A stretch of 63,091 nucleotides of DNA, filler included, from Octopus bimaculoides (Eukaryota), in the NCBI RefSeq assembly GCF_001194135.2. It is 6 parts of 4 records of this genome, joined end to end, with 100 filler letters (N's around TTAATTAATTAA, not from the genome) between each part and the next. Parts side by side here need not be neighbours in the genome. Positions count along the whole stretch, not along the records: positions 1 to 18,065 come from NC_068982.1; 5 more parts are not named here. One strand, written 5' to 3'. Positions 1 through 13,424 of the stretch are shown piece by piece (position 1 is the stretch's first letter; each line of letters starts with the position of its first letter). Below the pieces are notes generated by a model, which was given only the letters and a program-made list of their open reading frames with translations, was not told where the DNA came from and made no database searches. The position numbers were made by a program, and so were the translations under genes.

Positions 1-139
1 CCCCCCCCCCTTTTTTTTTCTTCCCCCTCCCAAAAAGAAAAGCTCTACATTGTATTTGTCCCATCTTCGTTGAGCCCTGTGTGGCTAATAAAAGAAATGT
101 ATCTATGTACCTATCTATCTATCAGTATGTATGTATATA

Positions 140-530
140 AGAGAGGGTCCTTTCAAACTGTTTGTTAAAGTCTACTTCCTTGAGAAGGAATAACGATAAC
201 GCTCAGCTGAAAAGAGGTTGTATAAATTATTATTGAGAATCATTGATCTCAGAGTGTGTGTCTGATCTCAGTGTATGTTTGATCTCAGAGTGTATGTCTA
301 TTCCGAGTTTTTAAGTTCCAGATGTAAGTTGAGAACACATTATCTTTCCTGCCCTGATTTCGAAGCATATGGTTTTGCTGGTATAGCTTTATTTAAACGG
401 CATATATGCCAGACAAATATTAGCTTTAGATGTCTTGTTAGACAGCTGCAATTATATGATTGGTTGGTTTTGAAACAACTGGCGTACATATATTCACTTG
501 TAGACAACTTCTGTTGCTTGTGGGTGGTAG
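140..530 (-). mobile_element. degenerate Penelope-like element, GIY-YIG endonuclease remnant
   Basis: Minus-strand frames give VVYK, PFK*(R)Y, STYIWNLK and NLFSAERY, in the order of the PLE GIY-YIG C-terminal motifs; many stops and frameshifts. Confidence 0.5.
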
Positions 531-2439
531 TGTATAAGACCGATTCAATTTAGTAAAACTGGAAGAAGTGAGGACCTCAGCCAAGTATGGAATTGCAGAG
601 TAATTTAGTGTAAATGTGTTTCCGGTGATATTTTTGAGAATATTTAATTTTGTTTTAGAATATTGAGATGTAACATCCTTTTAATGTTATGAAATAGATC
701 TAACTGGTATACATTAAAAAAAAAAAGATGTAACTGGGATATTATATACAATTAGCACATGTTTATAATTCTGTACTCTCCGAGTTTTTGATATAACTAA
801 TCTCAGATTTAGGTTGTATGATCACAGGGCGGCAACATAGAAATGAACTACTAAAGAATAACAAAATCCCTTAAAAGGCCGTTTCGGAATTAACCTATTA
901 ATTTCAGAAATGTAATTTTTATTCAGATACAACATTATTAAATAGCACTGGTACGTTACAACATCGAGAAGCTTGTTGCTGTCAAAACAGCAAATGTAGT
1001 AGAACATTCTCTCAATAATCTTCCAACAAAGATATACATACTCATTTTGGTATTATAAAGACAGAAACACAGGGCCACAGTTGCACGAGAAGTTTACGTA
1101 GAGCATTTCAGTGAAAATTATTTCTCTGGTCATGAAGTCAATGCTGAAACATCAAGAAATAGATGTACTCATTGTATTATATCACGATCTTAAACAAATA
1201 AACTTCCAATAAAATATGTCGAGTATTGTGTCCTGGATACAGTGTACGGATCAATACAACATGCATTATGTACATGATATATTTATGACTTAGTTATGAT
1301 CTCTAATATGTACTTATTTGTGAATTATTATTTATATATATGAACTGGGAACAGACAAAGCAGCAAATATAGATATCTTATAAACCGATATTCTGTCACA
1401 ATTGAAAGATATTCCCATTCGAAATTAAGATAAATTGCTCGTAGCGAAACTGAAAGCGCTGGTTATATGATAGAACCGAAAAGAACAAAAATTAAAAAAA
1501 AAGAACCGACGGCAACTATATGAAACTTTCAATTTGTTCTGTAAGCATTCATATTCACATATGTACATTCATTCATATATTACATCAGAATGACACAAAT
1601 ATAAGTGTGTGTTACGTAACACGCACAAATAAACACACAAATGCACACACATTAGCACACACACACACACACACATATATTCATATATATTTATGCAGGA
1701 TGTCTTTCAAGATGTCAAAAGAAACGAGATTTGCAGGATGGGCGATAATAGATACCTCCCGCTGATGATGCACACTCACGCTGAAATCACATGATCTATC
1801 AGTTTCATCACCGGTGCTGGACAATTTCCGTCTGCCACAGTTTTTCTGTGCTTTAAGCACTAAACCTGTGCGAATGCGCGCACGCACACATACATATATG
1901 CACATATATACACATAACTATATATATATATATATATATAAACCATGTTGGCAAAATAACATAGTCTGNNNNNNNNNNNNNNNNNNNNNNNNNNNNNNNN
2001 NNNNNNNNNNNNNNNNNNNNNNNNNNNNNNNNNNNNNNNNNNNNNNNNNNNNNNNNNNNNNNNNNNNNNNNNNNNNNNNNNNNNNNNNNNNNNNNNNNNN
2101 NNNNNNNNNNNNNNNNNNNNNNNNNNNNNNNNNNNNNNNNNNNNNNNNNNNNNNNNNNNNNNNNNNNNNNNNNNNNNNNNNNNNNNNNNNNNNNNNNNNN
2201 NNNNNNNNNNNNNNNNNNNNNNNNNNNNNNNNNNNNNNNNNNNNNNNNNNNNNNNNNNNNNNNNNNNNNNNNNNNNNNNNNNNNNNNNNNNNNNNNNNNN
2301 NNNNNNNNNNNNNNNNNNNNNNNNNNNNNNNNNNNNNNNNNNNNNNNTACATACACACACACACATATATATATATATATGCACATATACACACATAACT
2401 ATATGTATATATATGTATATAAATATTATATATATTCTT

Positions 2440-2620
2440 TTATTCTTTTACCTGTTTCAGTCATTTTAACTGTGGCCATGCTGGAGCACCGCCTTGAAGG
2501 GTTTTAGTCGAAGAAATCGACCCTAGTACTTATTCTATCAGTCGTTTTTGCCGAACCGCTAAGATACGGGGAGATAAACACACTAGCATGGGTTGTCAAG
2601 TGATGGCGAAGGAGAGTAGG
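2440..2620 (-). mobile_element. SINE family B, 3' part
   Basis: tgtttcagtcatt..actgtggccatgctggagcaccgcc..ttagtcg..gccgaaccgctaag block recurring at 17831, 57985 and 10147. Confidence 0.75.
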
Positions 2621-2664
2621 GAGAAACACAGACACACAGACACGCAAATATATATATATATATA

Positions 2665-2845
2665 CGCCATGATAGATCGCTAGCCACTACACATTCTTTA
2701 TTTTCTCTCCTTGTTTTTTTCTGTATTCCTTTCCGTGGAAGAGCGTAGGCTCGAAACGTTAAAGACTTTTTCACTTCCCGAGCGTTAAACTAATACATCT
2801 GTTTGTTGTCTACACCACCTGTCTTCGTCTTTTGTTTTTTTTTTA
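2665..2845 (+). mobile_element. Penelope-like terminal-repeat-type fragment carrying a hammerhead-like motif
   Basis: GAAGAGCgtagGCTCGAAACGTT motif; its 3' part (tacaccacctgtc.tcgtc) recurs inverted at 20752-20818; related sequence at ~9760-9990 (-). Confidence 0.5.
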
Positions 2846-3522
2846 ATCTCCCCCCCCCCCATATATATATGTATATAAAATTAAATACAAAGCAAAAGAC
2901 GTTCACTCTTGATATATAAGGCTGGAAGTTCAAAGATTGAAAAACGTAATAGAATACAAAATGCACACTGAGAGTATAACATTTCAGACATCGTTTTTGT
3001 CGAGCGAGAGTAAAGACTGTAGTTTTAGTATTGGATTCACGATTAGAACCAGCGTTAGCGTTGTGAACATTATCGAACACATATACCGAAAGAAACTGTG
3101 ATGCCTGTTCGCCGGTAGGCCGCGATTTGAGGCGGCGGAGATGACTCTCAAAACACCGGGTATTGAAACACCTGAAACTCATGGACATGTGAGTCAGCTC
3201 ATCACAAATCCCATCCACGAGCGATGGACACCGATGTTGCATCATTTTTGTGTCTTATCAAGAGCACTGCCAGAAACGGTCCACCGCTTCCAATCGCAGC
3301 TTACCGGTGAATAAGCTAAGCACATACATATGTATAATTTGGAATAATTGAGGCATGTGTTCAAGAATTAAAGCCTCTTTTTTTTTATCAATAGTTGAAT
3401 AATGGCACTAGAAAAGATATATGCACGGGTGATATAATATCAACTATCTTCCAGAATAAACTCTAGCTCATATCTAAAATGTATACAACATTGTCAAATT
3501 ATATCTGGTTTTTGAAACAGCA

Positions 3523-3573
<51 letters not shown>

Positions 3574-3733
3574 NNNNNNNNNNNNNNNNNNNNNNNNNNN
3601 NNNNNNNNNNNNNNNNNNNNNNNNNNNNNNNNNNNNNNNNNNNNNNNNNNNNNNNNNNNNNNNNNNNNNNNNNNNNNNNNNNNNNNNNNNNNNNNNNNNN
3701 NNNNNNNNNNNNNNNNNNNNNNNNNNNNNNNNN

Positions 3734-3776
<43 letters not shown>

Positions 3777-3807
3777 TAGATGGATAGATAGATAGATAGA
3801 TAGATGT

Positions 3808-3870
<63 letters not shown>

Positions 3871-3892
3871 CGATGGATATCTGCAATATTGT

Positions 3893-4104
3893 CTTTTCTA
3901 TTCTTGACACAAAGCCCGAAATTTTTGGGTAGGGGTCCAGTTGATTAAATTGACCCCTGTACACAACGGGTACTTAATTCATCGACCCCGAAAGGTTGAA
4001 AGGCAAAGTCGACATCGGCGGAATTTAAACTCAGAACGTAAAGACAGACGAAATACCGCAAAGCATTTCTCCCGGCGTGCTAATGTTTCTGCAAGGTTGC
4101 CGTC
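3893..4104 (-). mobile_element. tRNA-derived SINE family A monomer
   Basis: Reverse complement of head gcagaaac.ttagcacgccggg..atgc, B-box-like gagtttaaattcc, body gtcgactttgcctttca. Confidence 0.85.
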
Positions 4105-4516
4105 TTATATCTGCACTACATTGTTGCCTGATGAACCACTGTGGTACATATCCGACTGCACTTGAAATAACCAACGTAGGGTTCCACAAAACCACAACAC
4201 TGAAACGTACGTAGTGAATGAACAAACAAATGATCATAACCTGTATTTTTGTACTTTATCCTAAGCACACACACAAACACACTTATATACACATATACAC
4301 ATATGTGTGTTTGAATGAATGTTTGTGTTCATAAAATTGTAGGTATAGTACATCTTTCCTCGTTTAATTTCATTTACACACAATATGCATGCACACACAC
4401 AAACGCACACACAGACACTCACATGCACATGCACACGTACACGCACCCCACTACACAATCATTTACTTGTTTCAGTCTTTCCACTACAGCCTTGATGGGG
4501 CACAAGCTTCAAAATA

Positions 4517-4945
4517 CTTTCTTCTCTCGGTACAAGTCTCGAAATTTTGGAGAAGGCGGCCAGTCGATTAGATCGACCCCAGTACTTAATTGGTAGTTAA
4601 TTTATCGACATCGAAAGGATGAAAGGCAAAGTCGACCTCACTGGAATTTGAACTCAGAACGTAAAGACAAACGAAATACCGCTAAGCATGTCGCCCGGTG
4701 TGCAAACGCTTCTTATTTCTTAATTGCCCACAAGGGGCTAAACACAGAGGGGACAAACAAGGACAGACAAACGGATTAAGTCGATTACATCGATCCCAAT
4801 GCGTAACTGGTACTTAATTTATCGACCCAAATGGATGAAATGCAAAGTCGACCTCGGCAGAATTTGAACTCAGAACGTAACTGCAGACGAAATACCGCTA
4901 AGCATTTCGCCCGGCGTGTTAACGTTTCTGCCAGCTGGCCGCATT
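4517..4945 (-). mobile_element. dimeric SINE A
   Basis: Two head-to-tail A units joined at ~4710; imperfect 15-bp direct repeats 4502-4516 and 4946-4960 (12/15). Confidence 0.85.
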
Positions 4946-5564
4946 ACAACATTGAAAATATCNNNNNNNNNNNNNNNNNNNNNNNNNNNNNNNNNNNNNN
5001 NNNNNNNNNNNNNNNNNNNNNNNNNNNNNNNNNNNNNNNNNNNNNNNNNNNNNNNNNNNNNNNNNNNNNNNNNNNNNNNNNNNNNNNNNNNNNNNNNNNN
5101 NNNNNNNNNNNNNNNNNNNNNNNNNNNNNNNNNNNNNNNNNNNNNNNNNNNNNNNNNNNNNNNNNNNNNNNNNNNNNNNNNNNNNNNNNNNNNNNNNNNN
5201 NNNNNNNNNNNNNNNNNNNNNNNNNNNNNNNNNNNNNNNNNNNNNNNNNNNNNNNNNNNNNNNNNNNNNNNNNNNNNNNNNNNNNNNNNNNNNNNNNNNN
5301 NNNNNNNNNNNNNNNNNNNNNNNNNNNNNNNNNNNNNNNNNNNNNNNNNNNNNNNNNNNNNNNNNNNNNNNNNNNNNNNNNNNNNNNNNNNNNNNNNNNN
5401 NNNNNNNNNNNNNNNNNNNNNNNNNNNNNNNNNNNNNNNNNNNNNNNNNNNNNNNNNNNNNNNNNNNNNNNNNNNNNNNNNNNNNNNNNNNNNNNNNNNN
5501 NNNNNNNNNNNNNNNNNNNNNNNNNNNNNNNNNNNNNNNNNNNNNNNNNNNNNNNNNNNNNNNN

Positions 5565-5602
<38 letters not shown>

Positions 5603-5974
5603 TAAGAAACTAACGAATATTTTAGGAATTAATTTCTTGTAACAAACAAACGCCCGTTGAACCTAATGGGGATTAAAAGTGTGAGCATGAATGCATACAG
5701 ATAACAAAAATGCCGCCATATTGTCTAGTGGATGGATCTCTTCAAAAAGTAAGAACGAAAATAATCTTAGAAATCTCAAGATTAATATAAGCCATTAATA
5801 ATATGTAACGACTATATAAAAAAATAAAATTGAGAAAGAATAATAAGAAAATGGGTTCAAATTTATAATCCTAAGCTTGTGTCAGAGATTAACTGAAAAT
5901 ACATAAAATGACACATGATATTACTGCTAAATAGATTATAAAGAAAATCATTATACCAAAATAATGTGTGTCAG

Positions 5975-6125
5975 AATAAGCAAAAGGATGGCGCATCTAT
6001 ATAGGTGCCTAATAGTCTGTTACGACACCAGCAATCCATGTATACTCTTTAGGAAAACACTAGGAGCTGTACTGTTATTAATTAGCTGCAGGAGGTACGT
6101 GGATTACTGGAATTTTTAGGGAAGT
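5975..6125 (+). mobile_element. highly degenerate Penelope-like RT remnant
   Basis: QKDGASI (cf. QxDGxAMG) followed at the expected spacing by RRYVDY (cf. RYVDD). Confidence 0.35.
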
Positions 6126-6714
6126 GCAAAGTATGCCTTGTATTTATTTATGCTTCTGTAATTTTCCAGTCCAAATCTTTGTGAAGTCGTCTTTACCTTT
6201 TGTCTTCCTGGCGTCATTACATTAACTATAAGTCAAAATCTGTGGGGAACTAAAACCGTAAATGTACCCCTCACAACACTCCACCTAAAAACACCATGAT
6301 TCCTTATGAAGTATCCATTGTTTAGAGGTAGGGGTGTAATACCTATGACATTGTAAACCAAATGGTTTACAAAATAGGTTAGATCACTGGTACTGATTTT
6401 CAATTTCAGTTTCTGTATGTCGACACTTGCACGAAAAATATGGCAAATATATGCCTGTGCACGTGCGTGCATACTACAAATATATATATACGAGATTTAT
6501 TTACCTCTATGCGTGTAAGTTTGTATATTATATATGTATGACACACACACAAACACACACACATTTACTGGCGCATTAGTTTCAGTAATTTCCGTTGCCT
6601 CATTAATTAAGACAGCTCGATTATATACACATCAGAGAATCATTAAATCATCGAATTAATTGGATGACGAAAACATAAATACTAATGGCAAAGCGAGTTC
6701 GGAAAGAGCCCAAG

Positions 6715-6766
6715 TCGAGCTGTCTTAACTGATGAGGCAACGGAAATTGCCGAAACGGATGCGTCA
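6715..6766 (+). ncRNA. hammerhead-like motif (core and stem II intact, stem I not formed)
   Basis: CTGATGA 6729-6735, GGCAA/TTGCC stem II, GAAAC, GTC 6763-6765; inverted partner at 6569-6620. Confidence 0.5.
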
Positions 6767-6939
6767 ATGTTAATAATTCTGGATCGGCATATTTCGGACG
6801 ATTATCGTCCCTGTTAGTGCATATGTTTTCATTCATGTGCGTTAACTACAGAATTAAAGCGGTTTAGGTCTTATTTTTAGCAATGTAGATGTTTCTTAAC
6901 ACCCTATTCACACTTAGTGACATTTGTAGTTCTCCTTTT

Positions 6940-7250
6940 TGGTGAAACATTACAAACTGTTGTTAATATTAATTATACGAAATATCAATTCGTTTAATAT
7001 CTTCTTTTATCAAACCACGGTACCATTTGATCAACTCAACAATGTGCATTTGTTCATTTTTACTGTTCTGTAGATGATACTTTCATTGATCTGTTGAACC
7101 TGTTCATATATTGGTCAATCTAATTAGACAGTTAGCAGCGAAACATCTTGACCAGATATACACAGCAGTGTCTGTGATTGAATACAGACCTGTGTTCACT
7201 TCTAAATTTTTACGCAGATAAACACCCTATCACTTCTCGCTACAAATGTA
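6940..7250 (-). mobile_element. very degenerate Penelope-like GIY-YIG remnant
   Basis: CVYLVK(M)FRC resembles the VIYLIxCxxC motif; lies next to the hammerhead pair. Confidence 0.3.
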
Positions 7251-8553
7251 CTAGAGATTGAGCAAAGAGTCAAATATCCTCAGTGATACACAATATGTAT
7301 TTTAGTCACACGTTGAAGTTTCTGGCGATATTCAGCGAACTGAAATCCCGCTGTGGCTGGTACTGTTTTCTCTTTTCTTCTCTTCAAAGTTGGAGCCATA
7401 ATGAACAATACAGCTCTAAACTCGGTTCACTTGATAATTAGCCCTCTCCCGCACAACAACGATATTATGAAGGAGAAAAACTAAGAAACTTATTTTCTAG
7501 ATTTATTTCATTCCATATTCTGTCGTTCTACCGTCATTGATCAGACAAATAACCGATGGCAGAAAAAGACACAGCTGGAACGGGTAGGGTTATTCATTTA
7601 TTATCAGATACAATGTATTTAAGATTTTATCATTCACACTGTCTCTAGTGTTGTCTAAGACGATAGGAGGTTCTTTCTTAGCAAAAGTCGACTACTATTT
7701 CTAGCAGGTCAACCACTCGCAAAGTCGTTTATCATTAACTCGATATAATGTAGTTAGGTGGTAAATAGTGTGTAATGCGTAATAAAAAGCCAAACACAGG
7801 ATGTTATTTTAATTCGCCATCGGAGTCATGCGAAGAAACCAAGAGTTCAGATATTGACAAAAGCCATATCGAAAAGGAAACCAAAGCCAGCGATTTGGTT
7901 AGAGTCAACGAGGTCGTTAGAACTAATCCATAAAGATGATTATTTCCTTGAAATAATAGCCAAATCTCCAAAAATGTACACTTAACCTTGCTGAATAGAA
8001 TGCACTCACTAGACATGTACTACTACGTACGTTATACCTCAGTCAAAATATAAGATGACGATAGGACTAATCGATAATAGCTGATTTCATACTAATGAAC
8101 CCCAAAACAGATTTTCTCATTCTTCACCTCTGGATTGACAAGAGTATCATAATTCATGTTTCTCCAATTTATATTGCTTCACCCACCCACCCCGAGTAAA
8201 ACAGAGAGTAAAGACAGACTACAGTAGTCCATTGATTACGTATTCCTCGTCGCGGTCCTGCGAATGAGAAGTTAACCCTTCCGCGCAAACTTGGCACCGA
8301 CTGGTCTTTCTGTTAGTCTTGATAATCATTTTTGCGTTCTGTGTGAACGGTAGCAAAGTGCTCGGAAATGGACATAAAAGACTCGCTCCGGAACTGGAAG
8401 TCGAACCTCAACAATGTAATAAAAAACTTAGTTGTTTAATAAGCGTCTCCTCGCTGTATTACTGTAAAGTAATAAATATAAAGGGGAAAGATTAACTCGA
8501 ACCAAGCTGGGTGAAGTTTCATATCGCCTTACGTCAGGAAAATCTGTATAAAA

Positions 8554-8588
<35 letters not shown>

Positions 8589-9152
8589 ACAAATACATAA
8601 GTATATAATTCATAAATAGATAAGTAAATGTATAAAAGAATAAATATAGACGTGAAGGTAACAATTCTGATTTCATAAATTCCTAAAAATCTGAAACTTC
8701 ATTTCTCCAAATTCGGCAATGATGAATAACATTCATTAAGATTTGACTTTTATCTGTATGTCTGCAAATAGGTCTTAGTTTCTGTGTTCGTTTGTGTTTA
8801 TTTTGGCACTAGTTTTAAATAACTTCCATATAGAACAAAACAACACGAAATATATCATTTAACACGTTATAAGTGATTATGTTTCATAATAATACTTATC
8901 GAAAAGCTGACAAGAATCGAGATAAATTTTAATATGTTCATGAGATACAGATAGATATTAAATTATGAATGCTGAGAATTTATGTAGTTTAACAATACAA
9001 TTTCCATTTTTCTTCGAAAACCTACAATCTAGTCTCTGCCAATACAGGCGAAAACAGCTGAGAAATAGCAAAACAAGAAATTTATAATTAATGGTTTACG
9101 TGTGTCTGTAGGAATTCAATATTCATATATGCATGTATATCCATATATATAC

Positions 9153-9187
<35 letters not shown>

Positions 9188-11749
9188 NNNNNNNNNNNNN
9201 NNNNNNNNNNNNNNNNNNNNNNNNNNNNNNNNNNNNNNNNNNNNNNNNNNNNNNNNNNNNNNNNNNNNNNNNNNNNNNNNNNNNNNNNNNNNNNNNNNNN
9301 NNNNNNNNNNNNNNNNNNNNNNNNNNNNNNNNNNNNNNNNNNNNNNNNNNNNNNNNNNNNNNNNNNNNNNNNNNNNNNNNNNNNNNNNNNNNNNNNNNNN
9401 NNNNNNNNNNNNNNNNNNNNNNNNNNNNNNNNNNNNNNNNNNNNNNNNNNNNNNNNNNNNNNNNNNNNNNNNNNNNNNNNNNNNNNNNNNNNNNNNNNNN
9501 NNNNNNNNNNNNNNNNNNNNNNNNNNNNNNNNNNNNNNNNNNNNNNNNNNNNNNNNNNNNNNNNNNNNNNNNNNNNNNNNNNNNNNNNNNNNNNNNNNNN
9601 NNNNNNNNNNNNNNNNNNNNNNNNNNNNNNNNNNNNNNNNNNNNNNNNNNNNNNNNNNNNNNNNNNNNNNNNNNNNNNNNNNNNNNNNNNNNNNNNNNNN
9701 NNNNNNNNNNNNNNNNNNNNNATATATATATATATATATAGGGAGAGAGAGGGGCAAGAGAGAGAGAGAGAGGCAAAACAAAAATGTAAAAAAGGAAAAG
9801 CAATAAAAGTCAATTAGACTTACACAATTAAGATATTAATATTTCATCAACGCTTGGTGAGAGTTTTAGACGGAAAAATAGGAGTGGAAATGACGTTTCG
9901 AGCATGGCGCTTTGAAGGAAAGAGGAAAATGTCCAGAGAGGAGGAAAAGGAGGAAGTAGTAAGTAGTCTAGAGAAAAGTACGTGTGTCATTACGTGGCCC
10001 AAAAATATATGTATGTATGTATGTATGTATACTCATACACTCACACATTTATAAACATACATATATATATAAATGTATGCACATGTATACATGTACATAA
10101 ATGTACTTATATAAATGCACACCTATAATAAGCTTATATTCCGTTACTCTTTTATTCTTTTACTGTTGCAGCAAGTGGTCTGCGGCCATGCCCATGCTGA
10201 GGCGCCGTCTTTAATATTTTTGACCTGAATTTTCTGTTTTGTTGTATGTTTATGACTGGAAGTCGATCAATAATTAAGTTTGTAGTGGCTGTCCTTCTCT
10301 CAGCATTAGCCTATGTAATAGGCCATTCCTATATTCTAGTTAGAGTTTTGTCCAATTTTTTTTTCAATGTTACACTAAAGACACCTTATATATTTCTAAC
10401 CTCGTTAAATGGGCAGATGGATATTTAAGGCCTATAAGTATCAAATTCGTGAATTAGTATAACTTTGTTTCCGGTTGAAAATGTGGTGTATGTGGAAGCT
10501 GGTGCTTCCTACCACTTTGTGTATTAATATTTTGTGTATTAATAAATGCCGCAATTTAGAACATGACCATCCAAAATCTATAATTAATGATCAATCTTTA
10601 TTTCCTTGGATCGTGCAACAAGGCAAAATTTTACTAGTGAACGTTCTCTATACCTCCTCAATTTTCTTTTATAAGAACGCGTCTGTTCGGGAACCAAAAC
10701 TGTGAAAAGTAATTTAATCTACACAAAAATAAACCCTGCTCTTTTGCGATGAAAGTTTGTGATGTCTATCCTGTGAGATGTTTGCATTCAGAGATCAGCT
10801 TATTTATGTATCTGAAGAATGATTCATGATCTGACACAGTTATTCTTAGATCTCATAAGGGATTCGAACTCTTATTCTTTTTTATAACAAATAATTGTAC
10901 TGACTATGGTTTTAAGAAACTGAAACGCCAATGCACTAATCTTCATTTTCTTTTTATCAGCTCATTGATAGAACAGGTTGTTCAGAAATGTATCATTATG
11001 TTCCGCAGTTTTCATTGCCATCGTTTAGTTTTGTGTTATCCGTATAAGCCGTTAGATTGTCGGAGAGATACTATTACCGTATACCTAATAACCAGATGAT
11101 GAATAACAGGTGTTGTAGGACGGCAGTTTGAGGTACACCGCTTTTAGAGGCGATATGACTGACAGCAGAAAAATTGATTTCTACGCACACATATGTATTA
11201 CAATAAAATGTCTAATGTACCGATAGTACAAGTATGTGTGTGTGTCGATAAATTATGAATATGCTTGCATGCCAACATTTGACAAATCTGCATCAAATTC
11301 TTGAATATCTTGAGTAATTTTGGTTAATACCATCGTATCAAAAATCTCCATTCATTTCATGTTCTTCCTATAGAAATAGTTCCTTATAAAAATGGAATGA
11401 GAGATTCCTTAACTTCCTGAATAGGCGGGTGTATGGATAAACTTTAAATAAGTTTGCATCATAAATAAGTAAACAAATATTAACCTCGTTGTATAGGTGG
11501 AGCTTATCCGCAAGTGAGTATGATCTGGTAATGGTACCAAGCTTTCGCTAATTGTTTCAGGTGAATATGTAGTCGCGAGTAAATATGGAAAACCTTTCGG
11601 CTAACCTACGATCGATAAAGTGTAACATCGAGGATATGACAGCTGGAGATTGACAGATATATAGAAACAGACAGATAGAGAGAGATAGAGAGAGAGAGAG
11701 GAGAGAGAGAGAGAGAAAGAGAAGAGAGAGAGAAAGGGAACTGCATTAA

Positions 11750-11905
11750 CTATCAGCTAAAGTTCATTTTCTGCTGAGTGGACTGAAGCAACGTGAATTC
11801 AAATTCCTTGTTCCAGAACACAATAGGCTGGCCAAACCAGGAATCGAATGCACGACTTTACGATAGTGAAACAAAACCTCCGACCTTTAGACCACAAAAC
11901 CGCTC
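11750..11905 (-). mobile_element. tRNA-derived SINE family C, degenerate
   Basis: gctgagtggactgaagcaacgtgaa...ccaggaatcgaa shared with 39290-39548 and 58955-59067. Confidence 0.6.
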
Positions 11906-13336
11906 ATTTGTTCAGATCAAGCTGCCATCTCATGGTTATAGTTGCCATCAATTGGATGCAAATATATGAAATCAGCACTCGCTTTCAAAATATGATTTCT
12001 AAATAGCTTTAAGCTGATTGCTTTCTGTAGGACAGCTAAAAGATTTTAGAGGAAGGCAACTCCATAATTAATCCCAGTTGAGATATCTGCATTTCACAGG
12101 AATCGCATTTGTTGTTCTAGATGCATCGTGAATAATAAATAACTTTCTGCGTAAATACATCTAAACCAAGTATGATTAAAGCTGGAGTTGTTATCTAAAA
12201 ATACTTTCTTTTCTTGAAAATTAACCTCTCCGATCCTCTATAATCGCTTTCACGTGCACTTCACACTTCCTTCATACTAACATAAACAGTGTATTAATCC
12301 TCTACGACTCTAAAACAACAATGTACATCCGCCACATGATTGCACACACATACACTCGCACGCACGCACGCACACACACAGATTCACTTAATTGTCCTGT
12401 GTTGACATCACTGACACAGCGGTATACGACATATATTTCTGTTCCCTAAAGACACACACATACACACTTGCAAGCCATGTACACGCAAACACACACACAT
12501 ACACGCACGCGCACGAACACGCACACACATACACGCATACACACACACACTGAGTTCCTTTCATGCATACACAAATGCATAATATTCCCATACGATTCCT
12601 GGAACCTTCCTTTCATATCTCACTTATGACTTCAGTTCTGGATCTTATGGCTGCAAAACACAATTTTAAACATTTCCGTTCTACCCACATCCGTTCTTCC
12701 ATTTCCCATACTGCTTCAGTTAAATCAGCATAGTCTTTCACTTAACTCAGTGTAATCATTTGTTTTCTTTCCTATATTTATTGGTTTGACAAGGGGCCAT
12801 TGCCCGAAACCTTAAATTCTCGTGTTTACTCCACTCAACGTAATTATATACTTCCTGCTCTTGTTCGATTTGTTTATACTTGTTTCCTTTGTTCTCGTGT
12901 ATCTACTTCACTGATCGCAATGCTAATGCAGACTGCATGAGTTACGATTAAAATTTGTGGGCGCTCATGGAAGTCAAGACAAGATATTAACTACTTATTT
13001 TCTTAGTTGCAATATTATTTTGATCAAGGGGTGGTCTAATGAGAAATTATAAGAATCATTGAAATTTTGCTGGCAAATTTGAAATTTTGCCACGGCTGGA
13101 AATGTCATTCCTTCCGTTTTGTGACCGTCGTTCCTAGGAGAATGTTTTGACATTATACATAAAGCACATGTTATGCATCATTGTTATGTGAGGTGCAGTG
13201 TCCATTATATTCTAGGTTATAGAGATGCTTCTGATACTAGATGTAATGTCCTTGAGAATTAGTTTTTGAAGTGGGACAAAGAAATTACACAAAGTGAAAA
13301 TAAAAATTCATAAAGCACAAAATTTACATGGAAATC

Positions 13337-13419
<83 letters not shown>

Positions 13420-13424
13420 AATAA

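Noticed and set aside
2790-3245. 151-aa minus-strand ORF over a CpG-rich patch
   Set aside because: No recognisable motif; runs into poly-C/T and TA repeats
4121-4220. CTGATGA ... GAAACGTACGTA hammerhead-like motif
   Set aside because: Palindromic stem III is present, but stems I and II do not close properly; at best a decayed relic
6351-6372. Perfect 10-bp palindrome TTGTAAACCA-AA-TGGTTTACAA
   Set aside because: Plausible by chance in this much AT-rich sequence; no supporting context
8268-8495. Open frame with hydrophobic LVFLLVLIIIFAFCVNG segment
   Set aside because: No in-frame ATG or credible acceptor before it; no partner exons found
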